NCBI GenBank assembly: GCA_963771885.1
Contig: CAVYVF010000007.1
Location: 82,774-146,773 of the forward strand
Reading direction: 5' to 3'
Source of the DNA: Candidatus Bathyarchaeota archaeon
Lineage (GTDB): Archaea; Thermoproteota; Bathyarchaeia; TCS64
DNA: 64,000 nt
Every line of letters begins with the position of its first letter. The first letter of the stretch is position 1. Both the position numbers and the translations under genes were made by a program. Below the pieces are notes generated by a model. The model was not told the origin of the DNA. It was given only the letters and a program-made list of their open reading frames with translations, and did not search any database. Positions 1 through 10,353 of the stretch are shown here, piece after piece.

Positions 1-1350
1 ACTATCTTCTCGGATCAATATTCGTTAAAGACAATGCGAAGCTGATCATCAGAAATGCCGACATCTCGATAAGATATAAAAGCGGATACTCGCAGGAAAA
101 CCCAATTCAAACAGCTTACAACGGGTTACTTATCGGAAACGCGACGCTAGAAGTCCTCAACTCAACCATCTATTACCCTAAACCCGGTGAGGCAATAATT
201 GGCCTCTACGAAAACAGCAGCTGCAAAATCGTGGACTCTGACCTACCACTATTAAACATCAACCAGATGCGGAACTCAAACCTGGAGCTGGACGGATCAA
301 GGGTTAGGTACATTGTCAGTGGGGAGAACGCTAAGACTAGATTAAACTCAAGCGACGTGTATGCTATGTGGCCTGTTCAATTTGACTTTGGCGGAGTATA
401 CGATGACAGGGAGCCGAAGCTCGGGGAATTAAAGCTCGATGCCCAGGACACGAGGATAATCTGGCTTACAACCTTCAACCGCAACTCGACAATTAACGTT
501 AGTAAGTCCCTCAGCGGATATCGCGATAGCTGGAGCAGCTGAGAAATTGCCTCCAGTGGGACTGGGCTCGACATCAATCTGACTCGGTGTAACGTTTCGC
601 ATTATCAGATCTGGGTAGAGAGGAGGCAACGTTACCGTCACTAACGTCGATGATCTGTACAGTGTTTTGGTGCGGTGGGGTAACCTCAAGATTTCCAATT
701 GCTCGTTAGTACATTTATCAGCGGGTGGACAGGGAACCATCTATAACTGCCTAGTTCAGGTTTTGAACATGTTTCAGGGAGAATTTCAGGTATCAGACTG
801 CAAGGTAAATGACCTCTACCTCAACTCCCTCCACGGAGTATTGACGCTTAACCGCGTCATGACCAACAAGCTAACTGGCCACGACTTCAACTGCACGATA
901 ACTGGAGGTTTTGTTATTGAGAATACGACCAGTCCCTGGCTTCAAGGCCACTCGCAGGTGACGCGGAGCTACCCCATACAGGTGTTGAATGCTGAGAGGG
1001 CGGCCCCCAATGTGGAGCTTGAGATATTCAATTCAACTGGGCAAACGCTCTGGAAGGGATCGACAGATAACCTCGGCTCCGCTACGGCGTCAATTACCTA
1101 TTATCAAAATCTTCGGATCAACGACCTGCCTGAGAAGCCGGGCCTCAAGGATACGTTGAGGCTTGTAGTTAAGAATGGATTAGAGTCTAGGGAAACTGAG
1201 ATTGGCCTGATGAGTGATACGCCTGTCGTTGTGACGTTCCCTGAGGCGGAGGCTCCGTTTTGGTCTCAGGGGTGGTTCATTCAAGGGCTTTCCATTATCT
1301 TGGCTGTATCAGTGGTCGCTCTTTTTTTGGTGAAGAGAAGGTTGAACTGA
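1..1350 (+). pseudogene. Membrane-anchored extracellular protein with beta-helix-like repeats, 5'-truncated by the window and interrupted
   Basis: Asn/Ser/Ile/Leu-rich beta-strand repeats and a C-terminal TM segment with basic tail (…LSIILAVSVVALFLVKRRLN). In-frame TGA at 540-542 is followed by continued coding-like sequence (EIASSGTGLDINLTRCNVS), then a frameshift near 620 leads into ORF 667-1350. Confidence 0.55.
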
Positions 1351-1358
1351 TGTGTGGT

Positions 1359-1508
1359 CTATCTGGAGGCTGGAGCCATTTTCTCCACCATCTCCAAGTA
1401 GATTTCAGTGGCGGTCTTGGCGCGTCTGAGAACAGCTTCATCAAACCGTCCGTCTGTCTCAATTAAGGTCTCAATATAATCATCGAAAACGCCCTTGTTA
1501 CAGAGCAT
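1359..1508 (-). CDS. Small hypothetical protein or gene remnant (49 aa, MLCNKGVFDDYIETLIETDGRFDEAVLRRAKTATEIYLEMVEKMAPASR)
   Basis: Hand translation gives a protein-like helical composition. The frame stays open about 30 codons further upstream without a canonical start. Confidence 0.25.
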   Translation of the reverse strand: MLCNKGVFDDYIETLIETDGRFDEAVLRRAKTATEIYLEMVEKMAPASR

Positions 1509-1685
1509 ATCTATGATCTCATCCTCGTTGCGCGCACTAACTCTTCCTCTCCATGCTCTTTCACTACCCCGCGTTCGTGTAAGAGATAACCAACTGATTC
1601 ATTAGTTGCCGCAGTATAGAAGATGAGGCCACAGTTTCGCTTTATAAAGTACTAGGGAAACAATCCGACAAGAACGGGTGATGAC

Positions 1686-2336
1686 ATGAAAATACGTGCG
1701 CTGCTTTTCGATATGGATGGAACTCTCACCGACTCGGAGCCCGCATGGTTCGACGCGTGCAATGATATGCTAATGCATTACAGGGAAAACAAGATCGGAA
1801 AAGAGGCGTATGAGCGCGACTTCGTCGGGACCACAGTAATTAAAAACATCGAAAAACTGTTCCCAGATTTTTCTCCGGAGGAACTGAAGCAGGCTGAGGA
1901 GAGGTACAAGGATGAATTCGAAAAGAGACTTGACCAGATCCAGATAAAGGAGAACTCCATCGATGTGCTTGAACTCGTGAAGAAGAAAAACCTAAAGTGC
2001 GGGCTTGTAACGAACACGCCACGCAGAATCGTGAACAAGGTTCTAAAGAAATTCGGCATCGACAGATTCTTTCAAGCAATCGTTTGCGAAGGCGATACCA
2101 CGAGGGCAAAGCCTTTTCCAGACCCGGTTCTAAGAGGTTGCGAACTGTTATCGGTTCTTCCGGATGAAACCATCCTAATTGAGGACAGCGTGACTGGAGT
2201 CACAGCCGGAAAGGCGGCGGGTTGCTTTACGGTCGCGGTGACCGCAGTGATGAGAAAAGAGTTGTTGAAGGAAGCAGGCGCCGATATTGTGCTTGACGAC
2301 ATCGGCCAACTCTCCCAAATTTTAGCAGATGTGTAA
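1686..2336 (+). CDS. HAD-superfamily hydrolase, subfamily IA (phosphatase / beta-PGM-like)
   Basis: Motif I FDMDGTLTDSE, motif II VTN, motif III KPFPD, motif IV EDSVTGVTAG. TTTATAAA box at about 1641. Confidence 0.9.
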   Translation: MKIRALLFDMDGTLTDSEPAWFDACNDMLMHYRENKIGKEAYERDFVGTTVIKNIEKLFPDFSPEELKQAEERYKDEFEKRLDQIQIKENSIDVLELVKKKNLKCGLVTNTPRRIVNKVLKKFGIDRFFQAIVCEGDTTRAKPFPDPVLRGCELLSVLPDETILIEDSVTGVTAGKAAGCFTVAVTAVMRKELLKEAGADIVLDDIGQLSQILADV

Positions 2337-2654
2337 ACACGCGTTAGTGTGCTAATATATGCGTGTGAGATTCTTGGGGGCCCACGTGAACGTTGTGGTT
2401 CGACCTCGTGGTGTGTGGAGAAATGACCGGCCTTTAGCGCCGCCACATTCACAGTCCTTCTCGGACGCACCCCACTCTCGAATCGAACATAGATCGTTAA
2501 CACATATAAGATTCACGTAACAGTTATCAGAACCAATTATCAGAATAATACCAACTACCACTGCATCGAGGCAAGATTCCCACGCTCGTAGTTCAATAGG
2601 CTTCGCCCGCAAAGGCTACATGTAATTTAATAAACATGAATCCTAAGAGACACT

Positions 2655-4415
2655 ATGAAAAAACCTGTCTGCAAAGGACTACGTGACGAAACCATAAACA
2701 TCCTAATTGGAGGAGAAGCCGGACAGGGGATCACCAGAAGCGGGAACCTCCTAAGCCATGCATTGCTAAAGTCTGGATTGCACATTTTTGGAACAAACGA
2801 GTACCCTTCACTCATACGAGGAGGCCATAACTATTACCAACTTAGAACATCAACAAGACCAGTCTACGCCCAAACCGAAAACATTGACATCCTCATTGCC
2901 CTCAACAAAGAAACAATCACCCTCCACGAGCCCGAGATTAACCCCGGTGGAGACCTCTTAATCGATGAAACAATCAATATTACTCCTGAAGAGTTGGGGC
3001 GGAAAGACCTCCACATCTACAAGGTACCGATGACCTCCACGGTCAAAGAACTTGGAGGCCCCGAAATTATGAGAAACACGGTCGCCTTAGGTGCAATTTT
3101 CTGTCTGTTGAACTTGGATAAAGTCAATCTAGACGAGGTGGTAACAAGCACATTCTCCAAACCAGAGGTTCGCGATATGAACCTCAAGGCGGTAGACCGA
3201 GGTTACCAATGTGTAAAAAACGAGTCAAACAACTTTAACTGCGTCATCAATACCCCAAACAAATCTAATAGAATAATTGTGACTGGGAACGAGGCACTCT
3301 CCCTCGGAGCAGTATCAGCTGGACTCAGGTTCTTCGCCGCTTACCCAATGACCCCTGCTAGCCCCATTTTGGACTGGATGGTTGCGAATGGCCCTAAATC
3401 GGGAGTGATAGCGATTCAAGCTGAAAGCGAGATAGCCGTCATCAACATGGTTGTTGGGGCAAGCTATGCAGGAGTTCGAGCAATGACGGCTACTAGCGGA
3501 GGTGGCTTTAGCCTCATGACTGAGGGGCTCGGATTCGCTGCTATGTCGGAGAACCCCATAGTGATCAACATAGGGCAACGCCCCGGGCCAAGTACAGGTC
3601 TAGCGACGCACAGCAGTCAAGGTGACCTATTATTTGCTATTCATGCAAGCCAAGGCGAGTTTCCGAGAATTGTGCTCGCCCCCGGCGACATAGAGGAGTG
3701 CTTTACATTGACAAAACAAGCATTCAATCTTTCAGAGAAGTACCAAATACCCGCAATTATATTGACCGACAAGTATCTGGCCGAGAGCGAACGAGACGTA
3801 GAACAATTCGATGAGACCTCGGTTCCAATAGATAGAGGAAAAATGTACAACGTCCAAGAATGGAGTGGGGAATACAAGAGATATCTCGTTACCGATGACG
3901 GCGTCTCACCTAGGCTCATCCCAGGCACCAGTGGCGCATTAATCAACTCGACCTCAAATGAACATAAAGAATCAGGCTTCTCAACATCTGCCCCCCGCGA
4001 GGTCACTGCTATGGTGAACAAGAGGCTCAGAAAGACGCCATTCATCGCTGAAGACGTCAACAAGCTTAACCCTGTAAAAAACATGGGAGATGAAGACGCC
4101 GAGGCCACGGTCTATAGTTGGGGAGGAAATAAGGGGCCTATCCTCGAAGCGATGAGATTATTAAGAGACGAAGGAGTGAAAATCAGATACACTCAAGTCG
4201 TTTACCTTGAACCCTTCCCAACTAAGATAATGCAAGAGGACCTCCAAAAAACCACGAAAAACATACTTTTCGAATGTAACGCCACCGCCCAACTAGGGCA
4301 ACTCGTAAAGATGCACACAGGCTATACATTCCAACACATTGGTCTTAGATACGACGGCAGACCCTTCAACCCCTCTGACATAGTCAAGAAAGTTAAGGAG
4401 GTAGTCAACAGATGA
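2655..4415 (+). CDS. korA: 2-oxoacid:ferredoxin oxidoreductase alpha subunit (gamma-alpha fusion)
   Basis: GGEAGQG, EYPSLIRGG, YPMTPAS, QAESEI, ATSGGGFSLMTE, QRPGPSTG, YDGRPF. Confidence 0.93.
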   Translation: MKKPVCKGLRDETINILIGGEAGQGITRSGNLLSHALLKSGLHIFGTNEYPSLIRGGHNYYQLRTSTRPVYAQTENIDILIALNKETITLHEPEINPGGDLLIDETINITPEELGRKDLHIYKVPMTSTVKELGGPEIMRNTVALGAIFCLLNLDKVNLDEVVTSTFSKPEVRDMNLKAVDRGYQCVKNESNNFNCVINTPNKSNRIIVTGNEALSLGAVSAGLRFFAAYPMTPASPILDWMVANGPKSGVIAIQAESEIAVINMVVGASYAGVRAMTATSGGGFSLMTEGLGFAAMSENPIVINIGQRPGPSTGLATHSSQGDLLFAIHASQGEFPRIVLAPGDIEECFTLTKQAFNLSEKYQIPAIILTDKYLAESERDVEQFDETSVPIDRGKMYNVQEWSGEYKRYLVTDDGVSPRLIPGTSGALINSTSNEHKESGFSTSAPREVTAMVNKRLRKTPFIAEDVNKLNPVKNMGDEDAEATVYSWGGNKGPILEAMRLLRDEGVKIRYTQVVYLEPFPTKIMQEDLQKTTKNILFECNATAQLGQLVKMHTGYTFQHIGLRYDGRPFNPSDIVKKVKEVVNR

Positions 4416-5263
4416 GCACCTCTGAGTTTGACACAGGAGAAAAAATCACCTGGTGCCCTGGCTGTGGCAACTTCGGTATACTAAACGCTGTGAAACAGGC
4501 TCTCCAGCAACTCGGTCTTCCCCAGGAAAAAGTTGTAGAGGTCTCAGGGATTGGCTGCCACGGGAAAATTACTGATTATGTCAAAGTAAACACGCTACAT
4601 GTTATCCATGGTAGGGTGCTACCAGCGGCAACTGCGATAAAATTAGTTAACCACGAACTAACAGTCATCGGAAACGCGGGAGACGGCGATGCGTTTGGGA
4701 TAGGGCTCGGACACTTTGCCCACGCTGCGCGAAGAAACATCCCCATCACATACTTAACACATGATAACATGGTCTACGGGTTGACTACCGGACAAACGAG
4801 CCCAACTAGTCAACCAGGTTTTAAAACGAAGACATCGCCGCAAGGTGTATTCGAGGAAGCAATCAACCCCATTGCGCAGGCCCTCGCAGCTAACACAAGC
4901 TTTGTGGCAAGGGGCTACGCTGGTGACTTGAAACAGCTTGTAGAAATCTTGAAACAAGCGCTAACCTGGAGGGGTTTCAGCTTCATAGACATCCTTCAAC
5001 CCTGCGTCACCTTCAACAAGTTAAACACATACGAGTATTATCAGAAACGCGTATACCGGCTGGAGGAAATTGATTATGACCCAACAGATATTGAATCTGC
5101 AATAAAAAAGTCCTATGAGTGGAGTGACAAGATACCCTTAGGAATCATATACAAACAGGAAAGGCCAACTTACCTCGAAGCATTTCCCCAACTAAAAGAA
5201 GGCGCTTTAACATTCCAACAATTGAGACCTTCCATCAAGGACTTGTTAGAAGAGTACAGATAG
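4412..5263 (+). CDS. korB: 2-oxoacid:ferredoxin oxidoreductase beta subunit
   Basis: WCPGCGNFG, SGIGC, TPP motif GDGD…DNMVYGLTTGQ, QPCVTFN. ATGA overlap with korA. Confidence 0.93.
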   Translation: MSTSEFDTGEKITWCPGCGNFGILNAVKQALQQLGLPQEKVVEVSGIGCHGKITDYVKVNTLHVIHGRVLPAATAIKLVNHELTVIGNAGDGDAFGIGLGHFAHAARRNIPITYLTHDNMVYGLTTGQTSPTSQPGFKTKTSPQGVFEEAINPIAQALAANTSFVARGYAGDLKQLVEILKQALTWRGFSFIDILQPCVTFNKLNTYEYYQKRVYRLEEIDYDPTDIESAIKKSYEWSDKIPLGIIYKQERPTYLEAFPQLKEGALTFQQLRPSIKDLLEEYR

Positions 5264-5404
5264 AAAGTGTGACCCATAGGAAACGCAAGCAGTCATCCAT
5301 GCGCGCGATTAGAAGGTTTGACCTTGTGACCCGCGAGCACGTGTTAGGGTCTAGTTACTTCTTAACGTTTAATAACGTTCCTCCGGAATAGTACTCGATC
5401 AAGT

Positions 5405-5707
5405 ATGAGGGTCTACGAGGAAGTTATGAGTAAGATCATCGTTGACGCGATGGGAAACGAGATCGGGAAGGTAGATGACGTCGAAATCGATCTTGAATCT
5501 AAGAAGGTCGAGGCCATAATAGTAAAGGGCAAGGGTATGCTAACTAAGCAATTTCAAGCCGAGAAGCTCGCCTCCATCATGAAGAGGCTAAGGATCTCCA
5601 AGACCGAGGATCTTCTCATTCCTTTCGACGAGGTCCAAGCCATAGGTAAATACATCGTGCTAAAGAGCACTATCGAGGACGCGGGCACGCCTCCGACCAC
5701 TGAGTAA
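5405..5707 (+). CDS. PRC-barrel domain protein
   Basis: IVDAMGNEIGKVDDVEID…LLIPFDEVQAIGKYIVL is the typical archaeal PRC-barrel pattern. Confidence 0.8.
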   Translation: MRVYEEVMSKIIVDAMGNEIGKVDDVEIDLESKKVEAIIVKGKGMLTKQFQAEKLASIMKRLRISKTEDLLIPFDEVQAIGKYIVLKSTIEDAGTPPTTE

Positions 5708-5829
5708 CCATGCGCGTGCGCAGGCCAGACTCTTGTCCCTGTCCCCATTAACCTAATTCTATATACTGTAATACGCGTCACGTATCTAGTTTAAAAAAGG
5801 GTAGAACCAATTCATACCGGTCTCCCCCG

Positions 5830-7200
5830 ATGCATGCATCCGAGAAGACGTACGACGTCGTCATAATAGGTGGCGGCCCGGCTGGTTACATCGCCGCGAA
5901 TAAGGCAGCGCAACGCGGCGCAAGCGTGGCGCTCATCGAGAAGGACATTCTCGGCGGCACATGCGTCAACCGGGGTTGCGTCCCTACCAAGGCTTTGGTT
6001 AACATAGTCAAGTGGAAGGGTACCTCCGAGAAGCTGACGCGATTCGGCATCTCCGCTGACGCGTCGAACCTCAGCCTCGGCAAAGTTATGGACGAGGCGA
6101 GGCGCGTCTCCTCGGAGATTCGCAGCCAGATTCAGGAGATGATCGAGCACAACGGTGTTATAGTCTATAATGGCGTCGGGCGTCTCGTCGGAGAGCGCCT
6201 CGTCGAGGTGGAGTCGGGGAGCGCCAAGACCCGCCTCTCGGCGAAGGCAGTCATAATCGCCACTGGTTCTAGCCCCTTCATACCTCCGATCCCCGGCGCA
6301 GACTCGCCTGGAGTCTATACCAGCGACAACGTCTACGTCCTCAACGACCTCCCCAAGCGCCTCACCGTCATCGGCGCGGGCGCCGTCGGCCTCGAGTGGG
6401 CCTCCATCTTCCACGGACTCGGCTCCGAGGTCAATATCATCGAGATGCTTGGCGACATCCTTCCTCGTGAGTCTGGTGACGAGGTCAAGATAATGCTAAG
6501 GGAGATGATGGAGGAGTCCGGCGTCACCATCCTCACCGCCACGAAGGTCAACAAGATAGAGAAAACGGCGGACGGGCTGCGTGCCGTCCTCACGAGCGGG
6601 GTGAGCGTCGACTCAGACATCATCCTCATGGCCGGCGGCAGGGCGACAAACAACAAGGGGCTGGGAATAGAGAACTACGCCGATATGGAGAGGGGCTTCG
6701 TCAAGGTCGACGGTGGGATGAGGACACGTTCCCCGTGGCTATACGCTATCGGCGACTCCGTGGGGAAGTGGATGCTCGCCCACGTTGCAATGCACGAGGG
6801 GCTCATAGCGGGGGAGAACGCCACGGGAGGCGACGCGCAGATTAGCTACACAGCGGTGCCCCGCTGCGTCTTCACGGCGCCCGAGATAGCCTTCGTTGGA
6901 GTAGATGAGGATGAGGCGGAGAAGCTCGGCTTCGAGCCACGCTCTGTCCTCTATCCGATGAGGATTAACTGTAGGGCCCTGACGCTTGGGGAGAACAGGG
7001 GAATGATAAAGCTCGTCTACGGAGCCAAGGATAGAGTGGTGGTTGGTGCCCAGATGCTTGGTCCTGATGTCAGCGAGCTGGCGGCCGAGGTCTCACTCGC
7101 GATAGTCAAGCGAGCCACACTCGATGACCTGCGTAAGACTATTCATGCACATCCAACGCTCGGCGAGGCTATCTGGGAGTCTAGTCTTAGAGCCCCATGA
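5830..7200 (+). CDS. lpdA: Dihydrolipoyl dehydrogenase (E3 / glycine cleavage L protein)
   Basis: GGGPAG, GGTCVNRGCVP redox disulfide, GAGAVGLE, AIGD, C-terminal HAHPTLGE. Confidence 0.88.
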   Translation: MHASEKTYDVVIIGGGPAGYIAANKAAQRGASVALIEKDILGGTCVNRGCVPTKALVNIVKWKGTSEKLTRFGISADASNLSLGKVMDEARRVSSEIRSQIQEMIEHNGVIVYNGVGRLVGERLVEVESGSAKTRLSAKAVIIATGSSPFIPPIPGADSPGVYTSDNVYVLNDLPKRLTVIGAGAVGLEWASIFHGLGSEVNIIEMLGDILPRESGDEVKIMLREMMEESGVTILTATKVNKIEKTADGLRAVLTSGVSVDSDIILMAGGRATNNKGLGIENYADMERGFVKVDGGMRTRSPWLYAIGDSVGKWMLAHVAMHEGLIAGENATGGDAQISYTAVPRCVFTAPEIAFVGVDEDEAEKLGFEPRSVLYPMRINCRALTLGENRGMIKLVYGAKDRVVVGAQMLGPDVSELAAEVSLAIVKRATLDDLRKTIHAHPTLGEAIWESSLRAP

Positions 7201-7360
7201 CGCGAAACCCGCTCTTTTCACTCATTTTGCCTCGTTCCCTGCATCTTGTTCCATATTTATTGAAAGGACTTGAAGTGCGTGCTGCAACCATAGGCGCATG
7301 AATCGCGCACTAAACATAAGGATAAAATAACAGTCCACATTCATTTTAAAATGACCACAT

Positions 7361-7462
7361 ATGCCGTGTAAATGCAAAGATTGTGGCGAAGTCTTCCCGA
7401 GTGCTAAGAAAAGAGATGAACACATAGCTAAAGCACACCCGGAGAAGAAAAAGCCAAAATAG
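7361..7462 (+). CDS. 33-aa C2H2 zinc-finger microprotein (MPCKCKDCGEVFPSAKKRDEHIAKAHPEKKKPK)
   Basis: Hand translation: C-x2-C-x3-F-x8-H-x4-H pattern and Lys-rich tail. AT-rich upstream region, ATG at 7361, TAG at 7460-7462. Below the ORF-track cutoff. Confidence 0.7.
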   Translation: MPCKCKDCGEVFPSAKKRDEHIAKAHPEKKKPK

Positions 7463-7626
7463 AACCCTACATATAGCCCACTTCAGAAGCTGGGGCTGAA
7501 ATTTTTTCAATTACTCACCTAAATTATGCAAAGGAGGTCTTATAACCCGCTGATTTATTCTCAGCGACGCGCGCTCGAGAGCCTCTTATTAGCCTCCTAA
7601 GCATAGTTCAGGTTGGGTGGACCAAG

Positions 7627-8793
7627 TTACCCACGAACCTCCCACCGCTGGCGAAGGAGAAGTGGAACGAGGTCACCCTCACACGCAACCCCGAGGAACG
7701 TCTACGCCTCATGGAGGAGTTCCTCCGACTTGTACCCAAACACCACGGAACCGACCGGATGATAAGCCAGGTCAAGAAGCAGATGGCGATCCTCCGAGAG
7801 GACATTGACAAGAAGAAGAAACAGCAGAAGACAGGGAGCGCTTCCTCCTACTTCGTCCCAAAGGCTGGGGCGGCGCAAGTCGCCGTAGTCGGGCCGACGA
7901 ACGTGGGGCGAAGCAGCCTACTGCGGGCCGTCACGAACGCCCAGGTAGAGGTCACCCCATACCCCTATGGGACGAAAGCACCCGTACCCGGTATGCTTCC
8001 CTTCGAGGACATACAGTTCCAGCTCGTCGAGGTCCCAGCTCTAGTCGAGGGGAGCAGCGAGGGGCGCGCTGATGGCTTCATGAAGCTCAGCGTCGCCCGA
8101 AACGCGGATGCGGTAATAATCGTCGTTGACGTGCGTGATGACCCCGCCGGCAACTTCCTCATGATCGCGGGGGAACTGGCGAACAGCAGGATACTCGTCG
8201 CTCCCCCGGAGGGTGAGGTGGAGATAGAGAAGAGATCCGGAACTCAGATTCAGTTCCTATGGGAGGGTGAGCTCGTCGACTGTTCCACCGAGGAGGTGAT
8301 CGCTCTGCTCAACGGATACAAGATTCGCAGCGCCCTCGTCAAGATCAAGGGAAGGGTAAACATGGAGGCCGTCGAGGACGCGATCTTCGGCAACACAGTC
8401 TACCGCCCCACCCTCGTACTCGCCAATAAGTCGGACCTCCGCCCCGACCGCCAGTTGATGGAGCAGCTAAGGGTGGCAGCTGAGCCCCTCGAGGTAATAG
8501 TCGCTTCTGCCGAGCACACCTCCGGCTTGGCGAAGATACTGGGCGAAAAGCTCTTCAAGCTCCTCAACGTGACGCGCATCTACACAAGGGAGCCGGGAAA
8601 GGAGCCCGCGAAGGTCCCTATGGTCTTCAAGGGGGCAGTCACCGTCGGGGAGCTAGCTCTCACAATCCACAACGACTTTTACAGGAACTTCAAGTACGCT
8701 CGCATATCTGGCCCCGCTGCCAAGTTTCCAAATGAGAAGGTTGGGCTAGACCGGAAGCTTACCGACGGAACGATCATTCAGCTGCGTGCCTGA
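7627..8793 (+). CDS. DRG/OBG-family GTPase with C-terminal TGS domain
   Basis: GPTNVGRSS, YPYGT, EVPAL (DxxG-equivalent), NKSD, TGS tail. Conserved-looking N-terminus PTNLPPLAKEKW… is in frame from 7627, upstream of the ATG at 7711. Confidence 0.85.
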   Translation, partial: LPTNLPPLAKEKWNEVTLTRNPEERLRLMEEFLRLVPKHHGTDRMISQVKKQMAILREDIDKKKKQQKTGSASSYFVPKAGAAQVAVVGPTNVGRSSLLRAVTNAQVEVTPYPYGTKAPVPGMLPFEDIQFQLVEVPALVEGSSEGRADGFMKLSVARNADAVIIVVDVRDDPAGNFLMIAGELANSRILVAPPEGEVEIEKRSGTQIQFLWEGELVDCSTEEVIALLNGYKIRSALVKIKGRVNMEAVEDAIFGNTVYRPTLVLANKSDLRPDRQLMEQLRVAAEPLEVIVASAEHTSGLAKILGEKLFKLLNVTRIYTREPGKEPAKVPMVFKGAVTVGELALTIHNDFYRNFKYARISGPAAKFPNEKVGLDRKLTDGTIIQLRA

Positions 8794-8828
8794 AGCCCGT
8801 TAAATATCGACACCGTCACAGTTACACC

Positions 8829-9188
8829 ATGGTCAACCTCGGACTCGACCACGTACACCTCTACGTCAAGGACTTGGAAGAGGCGCTTACATTCTATCGG
8901 ATGATTGGGCTGGAGTTCGTCGAGTACACGAGCCACGGCGGTAAGGCGGCTATGATGAGGGTGCCTGGCTCGCCCGTCCAGTTTGAGATACAGGAGACAC
9001 GTGTCATTGAGAACCCGGGGCTCAACCACCTTGCCTTCCTAGTCGATGATCTCGATGACCTCTGCGACAGCTACAAGGCAAACGGTGTCGATGTGGACGG
9101 TCCCCTCGATAACAAGGCTACGGGGCGACGCCTCGCCACCATTAGGGATCCTCACGGGTTCCTAATACAGCTCGTTCAGAGGGCGTGA
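8829..9188 (+). CDS. VOC / glyoxalase family protein
   Basis: LDHVHLYVKD, NHLAFLVDD, DPHGFLIQL. Confidence 0.85.
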   Translation: MVNLGLDHVHLYVKDLEEALTFYRMIGLEFVEYTSHGGKAAMMRVPGSPVQFEIQETRVIENPGLNHLAFLVDDLDDLCDSYKANGVDVDGPLDNKATGRRLATIRDPHGFLIQLVQRA

Positions 9189-10106
9189 CTACCTCCGCCT
9201 TAGGCGTGCCATGCGCCTCTCGTAGACATTCACGGCGCTGATTTTTCCCTTCTTGTCCGTGGCGAAGACAACCTCGTAGGTCCCGAAGTCACCAAACGTG
9301 AAGGCGTCGACACCACAAGGCTTTAGAGGCAACTCCTTACTGCCGCTTGTCGCCAACGCGATGTGTAGCCGTCCTTCCTTAACGTAGACCTCGGCGGAGT
9401 TCTCCTTCGAGGTATACTGCCCCACGTACTTTTCGGGTTGTTTCGGCGCAGGTGTCTCGGCATAGCTGAACCGCTCTGGCTAAGCATCCACTTGTACAGC
9501 CTCTCGTTAAGGTAGGTTTCGCTCCAGCTGTCATGGTCCGCTTCTGGGTAGACCGTGTACTTGACGTTCCCATACTTCCTCAGAGCCTTCTTCATGTCGT
9601 CGGAGTGCTTGATGGGCACGACGCTGTCCTTCGCGCCGTGGAATATCCAGGTGGGCATATGGCGCAGCTTCCACGCCGAAGCGGGGTCGCCCCGCCCACA
9701 GATGGGGGCGATGGCCGCGAATAGTTCGGGGTACCTCGAAGCGGTCTCCCAGGTACCATAGCCTCCCATACTCAGCCCAGTGAGATAGACACGCTCCGGG
9801 TCGACCCTCAAGGAGGAGATAAGCTCCCTCGTTAACCCGGCGACCATGTCCGGTGACCACCATTCACCGAGGGCGAGTTGGGGCGACGCGACTATGAATG
9901 GGTACTTCTTCCCCGCCTGGATGAGCTTCGGTGGTCCATGTACCTTGACGAGTTCGAGGTCGTTGCCTCGTTCACCCGCGCCATGCAGGAAGATGAGTGA
10001 GAGGCCAAACCCCTCCGTTCGGCTCGTAACCCTCGGGGAGGTAGAGTAGGTACCTCATTTCCCTCGAAAAGGTTCGCTTCGCCTGCTTCGTGGATGTTTT
10101 TACCAT
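9189..10106 (-). pseudogene. Alpha/beta-hydrolase (carboxylesterase/peptidase-like), split by two frameshifts
   Basis: Reconstructed MVKTSTK…YLLYLPEGY…WPL/LIFLHGAGERG…PFIVASPQ…GLSMGG…HGAKD…DHDSW. Frameshifts near 9998 and 9472. Confidence 0.75.
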
Positions 10107-10285
10107 TGCATAAATGTCTATTCAACTTAGCATAAGTGTTGCCACGAAGGAATTTGCGTGAGATACTTGACGAAGAAAAACAGTCTAATCTGTTTGATTT
10201 CGGATTTAGTTGGTAATGATTTCATAGAGTAATTAAGTGAAGCCTAGCAATTCTTTGACATTTTCATATGAACCACACAGAAATC

Positions 10286-10310
10286 TTATTATTAAATCCC
10301 TTAATAATAA
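10286..10310. promoter_or_regulatory. Perfect 10-5-10 inverted repeat (TTATTATTAA-atccc-TTAATAATAA), candidate operator
   Basis: Exact palindrome about 45-70 nt upstream of the KimA-like ATG, overlapping AT-rich TATA-like sequence. Confidence 0.55.
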
Positions 10311-10353
10311 CCAACACCATCCAATACCGTACTAAAGACCAGCTGGACTCCTT

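Noticed and set aside
540-542. In-frame TGA as selenocysteine or recoding
   Set aside because: The context is not a redox motif, a frameshift follows about 80 nt later, and TGA is used as a normal stop throughout. A TGG-to-TGA change or error is simpler.
2072-2612. Minus-strand ORFs and a tRNA-like GGTTCGA in the HAD-korA gap
   Set aside because: No cloverleaf can be built, and the ORFs lack recognisable motifs and partly shadow a real gene.
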